32,326 bases of DNA. Source: a virus. Taxonomy: Duplodnaviria; Caudoviricetes. The stretch is taken from positions 1 through 32,326 of IMG/VR virus record IMGVR_UViG_3300029318_000050. One strand, given 5' to 3'. Under the pieces are notes generated by a model. The model ran no database searches, had not been told where the DNA came from, and worked only from the letters and a program-made list of their open reading frames with translations. The position numbers and the translations under genes were made by a program. Positions 1 to 7,170 of the stretch are shown piece by piece; position 1 is the first letter of the stretch, and every line of letters begins with the position of its first letter.

Positions 1-12
1 CCTCGAAACACC
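1..12. repeat. Left terminal 12-bp direct repeat CCTCGAAACACC; probable filled-in cohesive end (cosN)
   Basis: Identical to 32314-32325. Lies just upstream of terS/terL on the circular map, and TerL is of the lambda GpA (cos) type. Confidence 0.8.
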
Positions 13-32
13 TACGTTGTATTTTGCTATAC

Positions 33-39
33 AGTACCT
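33..39 (-). promoter_or_regulatory. cosQ-like packaging termination motif AGGTACT
   Basis: Minus strand AGGTACT lies 20 nt before the 12-mer. Lambda cosQ is GGGTCCT at a similar position (5/7 match). Confidence 0.5.
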
Positions 40-50
40 TTGCATACTGC

Positions 51-659
51 TTATTTCTTCTTTGCTTTTCTGATTGCATCTCTGAGTTCTCTTTCATAAT
101 TTTTTATAAAGAATTTATTGACCGCCCTTCTGCCTAGTGCAAAGAATTTAAACTTGGGATTGTCATAACTTACGCTTCGTCTGTTTAAAGCTACCAATAA
201 CTTTGGCTTACTATTTTTCTTTAGTTCGTATAAACCTTTGACTCCATTGATGTCTAGTATCTTGTTGTTCTTATTATTTACCAAACTTCTAAACTTAGCT
301 TTAGTTAAATTACCCTGATTAGTCAGACCTACTCTATTTCTGAATGGTATAGGTATTGCGAAAGACTCTCTCCTGATGCCACCAAATACTTGCTTTTCTA
401 AATACTTTGCTTGTTCTTTAAGGATATAAACATTACCTTCTAAATTTGTTTTATGCGATGGTTTTACAAATACACCTTTCTTCGTAAATCCTGCCGCACC
501 TTTTCTAAAGGTATTGTCCATATCTTTTTGTAATTGCCTTCTAGTTTGAAATGCAGTTTTATTAATTGCTTTAGATGTTGCAAAAGGTATTTGTTTCTTT
601 TGAAAAGAAGTTAGACTTTTATTTATTTCTTTAGTATCTGCTTTTATATTTATTCTCAT
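51..659 (-). CDS. Tail completion protein, lambda gpZ-like
   Basis: 202 aa, basic. N-terminal KQIPFATSKAINKTA...MDNTF...FTKKG pattern of gpZ-like proteins. No Z equivalent is seen between the FII-like and U-like genes. Confidence 0.6.
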   Translation of the reverse strand: MRINIKADTKEINKSLTSFQKKQIPFATSKAINKTAFQTRRQLQKDMDNTFRKGAAGFTKKGVFVKPSHKTNLEGNVYILKEQAKYLEKQVFGGIRRESFAIPIPFRNRVGLTNQGNLTKAKFRSLVNNKNNKILDINGVKGLYELKKNSKPKLLVALNRRSVSYDNPKFKFFALGRRAVNKFFIKNYERELRDAIRKAKKK

Positions 660-663
660 AATA

Positions 664-719
664 CAGATGGTGCGATGATAGGAGAAAATATATCAGGGAG
701 AGAACCACCGCACCACATG
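664..719 (-). ncRNA. Candidate structured RNA hairpin displaying anti-Shine-Dalgarno tracts
   Basis: Outer stem 668-677/706-715 is fully paired on the minus strand with one G-U. Inner stem UGAUA/UAUCA, loop UAUUUUCUCC, bulge UUCUCUCCC. Confidence 0.45.
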
Positions 720-723
720 AGCA

Positions 724-1203
724 TTATATATTTCTTTCTTTATGTTCAACAATGTTTTTGCACCACCAATATAGTTGTGCATCGTTCAATGTTGATTTCA
801 TAAAATTAACAGTACGACATACCAATTGGATATTGCCAACCACATAACCTTTATCAGAATCTTTACGATCTATCGAACAAGCATAATCTGTACTACCACC
901 ACCACGATGCCATGTCATATTCACACCTGACAAATTGCATTTACCTTCTTGAATGTCCCATAATTTAAATATGTAATCCAACTCTATATCCCATTCGATA
1001 TCCGACTTTCTTCTGCTGGATTTAAGTTGTGTATATAAAAGATTTAGATAGGTATATGGTGTTTGATTTTTGGCTTTAACTCTTTTCTCTTGAGTACAGG
1101 TTCTACATTCTGTCCTAGAATAATCGCCCTTGGTATTGCTTCCTTGCTCGAACATATCTGCTGATAAGGTTCGTAAGCAATAACTACATTTCTTCTTGCC
1201 CAT
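724..1203 (-). CDS. Zinc-finger HNH-like endonuclease
   Basis: N-terminal CSYC...CRTC. C-terminal QEGKCNLSG...SIDRKDSDKGYVVGNIQLVCRTVNFMK, a His-Me finger nuclease pattern. Confidence 0.75.
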   Translation of the reverse strand: MGKKKCSYCLRTLSADMFEQGSNTKGDYSRTECRTCTQEKRVKAKNQTPYTYLNLLYTQLKSSRRKSDIEWDIELDYIFKLWDIQEGKCNLSGVNMTWHRGGGSTDYACSIDRKDSDKGYVVGNIQLVCRTVNFMKSTLNDAQLYWWCKNIVEHKERNI

Positions 1204-1690
1204 TCGTTTTAGCTTTATAGGAAAGTATTGTAGGTAATAAACCTTGCTTTGTCAGTTTTACAAATTCTAAAAAGATATCGTGATCTATCATGTTAAGTAA
1301 TTCATCTGCTGATAAGACAATTGCATATTTGCCAAACTGTTTTTGTACATTCTTTTTTCCAGCTTGATCCTTGCAAATAAAAACTTCTCTATCTGTTTCT
1401 TTGTGTTTCAGTTTCCAAGTATCAACAGGTAATGGCATGACACCTTCTTTAAGCAATTGATTTTGTAAAGACTTCCATGCTCTAAGCATCATACTTGCCA
1501 TTTTCTCTAAATCCCTTGATTTATCAGGGAATGAAAGCGATAGGTTGTATTTAGTTTGTGCTAGTTGAAACCTTTTTTGGAATTCTGTATTAACTAATCT
1601 GACAGGTTCATCAACTCCAAAGTCAGTAATTAATTGCCTTTGAATCGAATTAATGTCTTTTATTATTTCTATTACAGATTCAGAATACAT
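1184..1690 (-). CDS. Hypothetical protein (168 aa)
   Basis: Long ORF co-oriented in the replication operon, overlapping the next gene. No motif recognised. Confidence 0.75.
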   Translation of the reverse strand: MYSESVIEIIKDINSIQRQLITDFGVDEPVRLVNTEFQKRFQLAQTKYNLSLSFPDKSRDLEKMASMMLRAWKSLQNQLLKEGVMPLPVDTWKLKHKETDREVFICKDQAGKKNVQKQFGKYAIVLSADELLNMIDHDIFLEFVKLTKQGLLPTILSYKAKTNGQEEM

Positions 1691-1694
1691 ATTT

Positions 1695-1812
1695 TTATAA
1701 AGGTTTTGGTTTCATAGTTTTGGTTTTATTGTTCGGAAAAACAATAAAAACCAACCATATTTCGTTGAAAAGGTTTTGAATTTGATGAAATTTAAACCAA
1801 AAACAAACCATT
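1695..1812. other. Candidate replication origin (GGTTTT/AAAACC iterated repeats plus hairpin)
   Basis: Non-coding. Multiple GGTTT(T)/AAACC units in both orientations and a near-perfect inverted repeat at 1720-1754. Lies downstream of the primase-helicase. Confidence 0.5.
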
Positions 1813-2226
1813 TTAAGACCAATTTATATTTTCATCTAGTAATTCAGCAGTTCCATTTTCATTTATATATCTTGTTTTTATTTTGATTTCTTGTTTACCA
1901 AAATTGATTAAAACAATTTCATGACAATTTAAAACTTCTAAATATTTTAGAATTTGTTTTTCTTCTCTAGCATTTTCAGTAACTTTAAATTCGCAAACTA
2001 TTGGCTTGTCGTAGTCTAAATATAAAATTAAATCAGGTCTTATAGTTGTCAAAGTTTCATTTTTATAATAAACAACATAGCTTTTTTGTCTTTGAAAACT
2101 TATTTTTCTTAAATTACATTCCATACAAAAAGCAGTTTCAAATACACTTTCCGACATACCGAATGGTGTATGTGTAATTACTTCTTTTACAATATCAACA
2201 ATTATACTTTTACTTTCTTCATTCAT
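1813..2226 (-). CDS. GxxExxY-family PD-(D/E)XK nuclease-like protein
   Basis: GMSESVFE (variant GxxExxY), RQK...VYYK, RPDLIL, VCEFK, QILKYL, LINFG. Confidence 0.8.
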   Translation of the reverse strand: MNEESKSIIVDIVKEVITHTPFGMSESVFETAFCMECNLRKISFQRQKSYVVYYKNETLTTIRPDLILYLDYDKPIVCEFKVTENAREEKQILKYLEVLNCHEIVLINFGKQEIKIKTRYINENGTAELLDENINWS

Positions 2227-4052
2227 TAAAATATCTCCGAATTGTATTCATTAGTTTGATAACCTTTGCCTTTCTCATAAGTTAAAACTTCTTGATCTAC
2301 TAATTTTCTTAGCCAAGTTTTTACTGTTGAATCATTTAGTTTAGTCAATCTTGTTATCTCTGCTTGACCTAACCATACTGTTGCTGGTTCGTCTGCTTTA
2401 TCCTGAACAGTTCTAATTGCATCAATAATTGTTTGTCCTTTTTCAGATACTTTGGTTTTCTTAGGCATATCACCAGCATCAATAATCTCTAATGCACCTG
2501 ATGTCATGTCGTGGAATGGTAGTTTCTGTTCTATAAATTTGAAGTTTTTTGGCATTACAGGCTTACCATCTTTGACTAATGTTTGGCTAAACTCGACAAA
2601 CATATCGCTACCAAGATTAGTTCTTGCTACTCGATATTCCCAATCTACAGATGCTTGTATTACAGAACTTCCTCTTGCCCTAGATGATGTGCCATGCCCT
2701 GTGTGATGCACAATGCAAATGCAAGTAGAATACGAATCTCTAAGATCATCAATTCTTTCGATAAATGCTGACATATCTTCTGTAGAGTTTTCATTACCAG
2801 CACCAAAGTTTCTTTGCAAAGTATCAACGACAATCATTCTGACTTTGCCTGATTCATCTTGTGTTCTGTCAATTGTGTCTTTTAATAATTGATGGTCTTT
2901 ATCGTCTAATAATCTTGCACCCCTTGTAGATATTAATAATGGTGCATCTTTAACTCTTGTTGCATTTAACTGTTGCCATGCCAAGAATCGTCTTGAAATG
3001 GCTCTCATACCCTCACCAGCTAAATAAACAACCGCACCCTGTTCTGTTTCGTGTCCATGCCAATCACGACCTAAAACGATATTACAAGCTAAATCTACTG
3101 TTACAAATGATTTACCACTTTTAGCTTGTCCAAAAATAGCTACAACAGAATCTTCTTCACATATATCTTTGACCACCCATTTAGGCGGTGTGATGTTCTG
3201 CATGATGTCATTAACCTGAATTAGATCAAAAGAAACTCTTTTTTTGATTTGATTATTCAAACAATAATCCAAGAACTGTTGTGATGATGTAAAGAAGTCA
3301 TTTACCTTTGCATCATATAAATCATCTTTATCTTTAAACTCTCTTGGCGGCTTTACAATGATTACTTCTGTAGCTATCTGACTAAGTTTCTCTTTTAGTT
3401 CTTCAGAACATTTTTTACCAGCTTCATCATTATCAGGAAAAATAATAACCTTTCTATCTTTTAATGGTGTCCAATCTTGTTTGTCTAAATTATTAACACC
3501 ACCATGCCATGTACAAACATCGCCATCGTATATGCTTTTACAACCTAATAAGGCTTTTTCTCCTTCATTGATAACCACATAATCTTCAGGCTTTTGATTC
3601 TCACAATAAATAGGCAAGATGCCATCAGGTCTTTTCATTACCCATTGATCTTTGATCTTAGTAAATGGTGCGTATTTTTGTTTTATGTAATGTTCGTTAG
3701 GAAACCGCATTACACAAAAAGAATCAGAATAACGCAGATATACGACAGACTCAGTTTTAAGCTGGTACATATCTTTATCGTTAAATGTTCTTGTAGGCTT
3801 TGTTGGTGTTTGTGTATCTATAGGTTTGTATTCTTTTAAAAAATCATCAGGATTAAGACCACGATTCTTAATAAATTCTATGAGTCCATAACCTTGATTA
3901 TTTTCAAAGTCAAAGAAAGTTCCTTGTTCTAAATTTAAACAAAGACTCCCTTTGCTTCCCCACCGATAGTAAGAGCCATCCTTTTTAGATGGCTCTCCTA
4001 ATATTTGCACCGCTATCTCAGGTGCGATTTTCTCCCAATCTAATTCCATCAA
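2226..4052 (-). CDS. DNA primase-helicase (Toprim + RepA/AAA_25 helicase + C-terminal wHTH)
   Basis: Toprim motifs INEGEKA, FPDNDEAG, DDLYD. Walker A GQAKSGKS, Walker B IVVDT, then HHTG and ARGSS. Confidence 0.9.
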   Translation of the reverse strand: MMELDWEKIAPEIAVQILGEPSKKDGSYYRWGSKGSLCLNLEQGTFFDFENNQGYGLIEFIKNRGLNPDDFLKEYKPIDTQTPTKPTRTFNDKDMYQLKTESVVYLRYSDSFCVMRFPNEHYIKQKYAPFTKIKDQWVMKRPDGILPIYCENQKPEDYVVINEGEKALLGCKSIYDGDVCTWHGGVNNLDKQDWTPLKDRKVIIFPDNDEAGKKCSEELKEKLSQIATEVIIVKPPREFKDKDDLYDAKVNDFFTSSQQFLDYCLNNQIKKRVSFDLIQVNDIMQNITPPKWVVKDICEEDSVVAIFGQAKSGKSFVTVDLACNIVLGRDWHGHETEQGAVVYLAGEGMRAISRRFLAWQQLNATRVKDAPLLISTRGARLLDDKDHQLLKDTIDRTQDESGKVRMIVVDTLQRNFGAGNENSTEDMSAFIERIDDLRDSYSTCICIVHHTGHGTSSRARGSSVIQASVDWEYRVARTNLGSDMFVEFSQTLVKDGKPVMPKNFKFIEQKLPFHDMTSGALEIIDAGDMPKKTKVSEKGQTIIDAIRTVQDKADEPATVWLGQAEITRLTKLNDSTVKTWLRKLVDQEVLTYEKGKGYQTNEYNSEIF

Positions 4053-4055
4053 TCA

Positions 4056-4706
4056 TTAAAATGGAATATCACCTGAATCCAATGTATCCAATACAGGATG
4101 TGATTCTTTGGTGTCACCATCTGACGTAGGGAGAAAATTATCATGTTGGCTATTGCCATTTTGATTGTCAGATGGTGACTCGCTATACCAATCAGGTATA
4201 ACAAATTCTGCTGGTCTATCTTTCATCCCAACAAATTCAAAGTGTGGAATTGATGTAGCACCTTTTCCAATTGAAATACTTTCAGAACCTGTGTATTTGA
4301 CTACAGGCAATTTACCTTCATTCTCAGGCTTTTGTGTTTCTGCATAGAAACTAGCACCCATTTCTTGAAAACCTTTGTATTCACCGAATGAATGTCTTTG
4401 CCATAAAGAAACAGGATGTTCGATATTATTAGAACCTTCTACAAATTTAGGCAGTACCCAAACTGAAAAGGCTTTTTTATATTCTTCGTCAGGTCTTGCT
4501 ACATTATCAAATAAATCTTTACCCCAAATGTAGCTAAATCCTTCACCTGATGTATATTTACCCCAACCCATAAGCATAGTAGCTGGATCAATCATAAAAT
4601 AGTTTGCATCTATTCTTTCTTTGCCACGATACCAGCACTTCTCTTGAAAGTGATGTTTTAAATATGGCGTGTCTTCTGAATCAAAAACAAATGGATTATC
4701 TGTCAT
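4056..4706 (-). CDS. Probable single-stranded DNA-binding protein
   Basis: Acidic disordered tail ending DIPF (SSB C-terminal motif), aromatic beta-rich core, directly upstream of the primase-helicase, AAGGAG RBS. Confidence 0.7.
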   Translation of the reverse strand: MTDNPFVFDSEDTPYLKHHFQEKCWYRGKERIDANYFMIDPATMLMGWGKYTSGEGFSYIWGKDLFDNVARPDEEYKKAFSVWVLPKFVEGSNNIEHPVSLWQRHSFGEYKGFQEMGASFYAETQKPENEGKLPVVKYTGSESISIGKGATSIPHFEFVGMKDRPAEFVIPDWYSESPSDNQNGNSQHDNFLPTSDGDTKESHPVLDTLDSGDIPF

Positions 4707-4908
4707 GTGTAATATCTCCTTTAATTAATTTTAAATAACAATGTTTTAAAAACTCAATGTTCAGTTCAACAAAAGGTTCTAGGTCTAACGCTTCTTCTTC
4801 CTTAACAGATTTTTCTGTTAGATAACGAAGCCAAATGTTAGTACAGAAGTCCTGAAAGTGAACATCATCTTCTAAACGATAGTGTCCATTTTTTAGTTGT
4901 TCTGTCAT
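4696..4908 (-). CDS. Hypothetical protein (70 aa; start moved to ATG at 4908)
   Basis: GGAGAAAA RBS precedes MTEQLKNG. First gene of the replication operon. Confidence 0.7.
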   Translation of the reverse strand: MTEQLKNGHYRLEDDVHFQDFCTNIWLRYLTEKSVKEEEALDLEPFVELNIEFLKHCYLKLIKGDITHDR

Positions 4909-4930
4909 TGAGTTTTCTCCATGAAGTGAC

Positions 4931-4960
4931 ACCATAAACTATTAGTTATTTTTTTGTCAA
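4931..4960 (-). promoter_or_regulatory. Sigma70-type promoter of the replication operon
   Basis: Perfect TTGACA (4960-4955), 18-nt spacer, TATGGT. Sits just downstream of a terminator. Confidence 0.55.
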
Positions 4961-4970
4961 TAATAATTGT

Positions 4971-5001
4971 AAAAAAAAAGCCACCCTTTGAGGTGGCTTT
5001 T
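4971..5001 (-). terminator. Rho-independent terminator, cassette A
   Basis: Minus strand AAAAGCCACCT-caaa-GGGTGGC followed by a long T run. Confidence 0.9.
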
Positions 5002-5016
5002 AAAAAAATTTTTACT

Positions 5017-5346
5017 CTAACCAAATAATTTACTTTTTACAGGTGACCATGTTACTTTTTTACCACCAGCAATTTCATCAACAATCCTACTTATGTCAGA
5101 TATATCATTTTTAAGGATTTTAAAAGTCAATCTCCAACCTTTTCCTGCTGGTAATGCAAGTTCACGACTGACATAAGTTTGTGTCAAAAAAAACAATAAT
5201 GCTTTTTTTGTTGGCTCGTCATTGAAATAACCATCAACAAATTTATTATCTTCAACGTGCTTACCTTGTGCAATAATTTTACAAATACTTTTTTGAATAG
5301 TCTTGTACAGAACTTGCTGGTTTGGATGTCTTTTTTTGTTAGTCAT
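5017..5346 (-). CDS. Hypothetical protein (109 aa), cargo of cassette A
   Basis: Has its own repeated promoter/RBS and terminator. Confidence 0.85.
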   Translation of the reverse strand: MTNKKRHPNQQVLYKTIQKSICKIIAQGKHVEDNKFVDGYFNDEPTKKALLFFLTQTYVSRELALPAGKGWRLTFKILKNDISDISRIVDEIAGGKKVTWSPVKSKLFG

Positions 5347-5412
5347 AATTTTCTCCTTGTTAATTAAAATTATATTGTAAAGATAGCAAATTCACAGAAA
5401 ATTACAACTATT
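5343..5412 (-). promoter_or_regulatory. Repeated promoter + RBS element, copy A
   Basis: 66/70 identical to 10279-10348. TTGTAA...TGcTATCTT/TATAAT...AAGGAGAAAATTATG. Confidence 0.9.
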
Positions 5413-5483
5413 ATTTGCAAAATATATAAAAAAAAATTTTATAAAACTATTGCGATTTTTTTATTAATAGTTTTAAATGTCTT

Positions 5484-5514
5484 TTGTAATTATCAATAAA
5501 GGAGAAAATTATGA
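5484..5514 (+). repeat. 31-bp leader/RBS repeat identical to 10680-10710
   Basis: ttgtaattatcaataaaggagaaaattatga, exact duplicate. Confidence 0.9.
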
Positions 5515-5708
5515 AATTTACGACAGCAGAACTTCAAGTATTATCCAATCTTGTGGACATTAATCTTACAGGTATCGGTGATGAAGCATTAGCAGAAGAA
5601 ATCAAAAGTGATTTTGGTTATTTTAAATTAAAATCTGTTAAACAGGCTTGGAGTATATCCGACAAAATTAACGAGCAACTATCAAAACAACTAAGGAGAA
5701 AATTATGA
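5511..5708 (+). CDS. Hypothetical early protein (65 aa)
   Basis: Strong AAGGAG RBS. First gene of the rightward operon. Confidence 0.8.
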   Translation: MKFTTAELQVLSNLVDINLTGIGDEALAEEIKSDFGYFKLKSVKQAWSISDKINEQLSKQLRRKL

Positions 5709-5905
5709 AAGAAAATTTATTTAATATAAACGAAATACAAATAACAGGTATTAGGTATGACTTGCCTGATGGTAGGTATGGCAATATTCGTTTTGATGAA
5801 TTGCTTTGTATTCTTAACAAAGAAGAAAGGGCAAAAATTATGAGCATGGCAAGAACTTTAATAAATGATGATCTTTATCAAGATGTTGTTAAGGAGATAA
5901 AATGA
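5705..5905 (+). CDS. Hypothetical early protein (66 aa)
   Basis: AAGGAGAAAATTATG RBS, ATGA overlap. Confidence 0.8.
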   Translation: MKENLFNINEIQITGIRYDLPDGRYGNIRFDELLCILNKEERAKIMSMARTLINDDLYQDVVKEIK

Positions 5906-6063
5906 AAGCACTAATAGTTAAATGGCAAGACACCAATAAATATGTCTTACACGTCAAGTCCAACAATGATCTATTGCTGGAAAGAAAAAAACAACAACAC
6001 GAACATTTAAATCCTAAGATTGTATCTTGGGATGAATGGGAGTTAATCCAGCTATGTCAATGA
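5902..6063 (+). CDS. Hypothetical protein (53 aa, not in ORF track)
   Basis: MKALIVKWQDTNKYVLHV... AAGGAG RBS, ATGA coupling. Confidence 0.75.
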   Translation: MKALIVKWQDTNKYVLHVKSNNDLLLERKKQQHEHLNPKIVSWDEWELIQLCQ

Positions 6064-6197
6064 TCTACAAAGTACAAGACAACTGCATCGAAGGTTATGA
6101 AGGTAATGTATTGGTATCTTTGCTGTACATTACCGATCCTGTTGCAAGGGCAAAATATATTTTACAATTACACAATTCAGGAGAACTATCACAATGA
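6054..6197 (+). CDS. Hypothetical protein (47 aa, not in ORF track)
   Basis: MSMIYKVQDNCIEGY... Fills the gap, with an ATGA overlap onto the next gene. Confidence 0.65.
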   Translation: MSMIYKVQDNCIEGYEGNVLVSLLYITDPVARAKYILQLHNSGELSQ

Positions 6198-6439
6198 GCA
6201 ATACAGAAAGAGTAAATGATGAATGGATTTATTATGGTACTAACTATCATTTTAAATTTACTGACGAGAAGTATCATAGGTATGCAACTTTAATTGTTAA
6301 GCCGCAACACATTGAATTATTATCCAACAATACAGATTTGCCTGATGCAGAACTTAAAAAGGTTATTGTTGAAGAATGGTTTGGTTTGGAGAATGACATG
6401 ACAAGAGAAGCTAATAACAAAAAAAGGAGAAAACAATGA
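6194..6439 (+). CDS. Hypothetical protein (81 aa)
   Basis: AGGAGA RBS, translationally coupled. Confidence 0.8.
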   Translation: MSNTERVNDEWIYYGTNYHFKFTDEKYHRYATLIVKPQHIELLSNNTDLPDAELKKVIVEEWFGLENDMTREANNKKRRKQ

Positions 6440-6681
6440 TAAATCACTTAAGTCACTATGGTTCTTTTATTTATACTGTACCAGCCGAATTTACTAAAAA
6501 AGAACTAAAAGAATTGCATAAAAGCGTTTTGTTTCATTATGAAGCCGAACAAAGATATATTGGCAAACGCTATATGGGAAAATATTACAGTTCAAAAAAT
6601 GCTGATTTGCATATTAAAAAAAGTAAATTGCTTAAAACAATTTTAGAAAAAATAGAACGCATGCAAAAAGAAAAAAAATGA
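6436..6681 (+). CDS. Hypothetical protein (81 aa)
   Basis: AAGGAGAAAA RBS, ATGA overlap. Confidence 0.8.
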   Translation: MINHLSHYGSFIYTVPAEFTKKELKELHKSVLFHYEAEQRYIGKRYMGKYYSSKNADLHIKKSKLLKTILEKIERMQKEKK

Positions 6682-6764
6682 GAGAGCCTAAAGACCTAAT
6701 CATCTTATTATTGCTTGGCATCATTTTGACTTTTGTTTGGAACTTAGAGATTTATTTAGTATAG
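6678..6764 (+). CDS. Small single-TM membrane peptide (28 aa, not in ORF track)
   Basis: MREPKDLIILLLLGIILTFVWNLEIYLV. ATGA coupling, fills the gap exactly. Confidence 0.6.
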   Translation: MREPKDLIILLLLGIILTFVWNLEIYLV

Positions 6765-6773
6765 GAGAAGTAT

Positions 6774-7055
6774 ATGAGTTATAACAAAGAGAGAAAATCA
6801 AAAACGATTTCTTGTCGAGTTAAGCCAAGCACATACCAAAAGTTAGAAGAACTTATGGATAGTTTGTTTATAGAAAACACAGGTGATTTTATAGAGTTTA
6901 TTGTTGAACATTGTGAAATAAAAAACAAAGGACTTTTAAAAGAGTATCAAGAAATTATTAAGCAACTTGAAGAAAGGAAAAGTTTTTATAAAGCTAATTT
7001 AGAAGTCAGTTTGCAACTTAAAAATGGATTGGAAAAAGATGAGCCACCCTGTTAA
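6774..7055 (+). CDS. Ribbon-helix-helix-like DNA-binding protein with coiled coil
   Basis: KSKTISCRVKPSTYQKLEELM, an RHH beta-strand/helix pattern. AGGAGA RBS. Confidence 0.6.
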   Translation: MSYNKERKSKTISCRVKPSTYQKLEELMDSLFIENTGDFIEFIVEHCEIKNKGLLKEYQEIIKQLEERKSFYKANLEVSLQLKNGLEKDEPPC

Positions 7056-7170
7056 TGACGAGATACTAGACCGCCTAAGAGAAGAAGGTGAAGCATTGGG
7101 ATATACAGGAGAAGTATTAGAGAAATGGATTTGGATGAAGTTTCATCAATTACCTGAAGGAGAGCAATGA
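7039..7170 (+). CDS. Hypothetical protein (43 aa, not in ORF track)
   Basis: MSHPVNDEILDRLREEGEALGY... Fills the gap, with an ATGA overlap onto the next gene. Confidence 0.65.
   Translation: MSHPVNDEILDRLREEGEALGYTGEVLEKWIWMKFHQLPEGEQ

Noticed and set aside
4128-4140. AGGGAGAAAATTA resembling the shared RBS
   Set aside because: Antisense inside the SSB CDS, with no ATG at the proper spacing and no promoter repeat. Probably chance.
2452-4347. Plus-strand ORFs 2452-2706, 3594-3839 and 4165-4347
   Set aside because: Antisense shadows of the primase-helicase and SSB genes, with no RBS or motifs.
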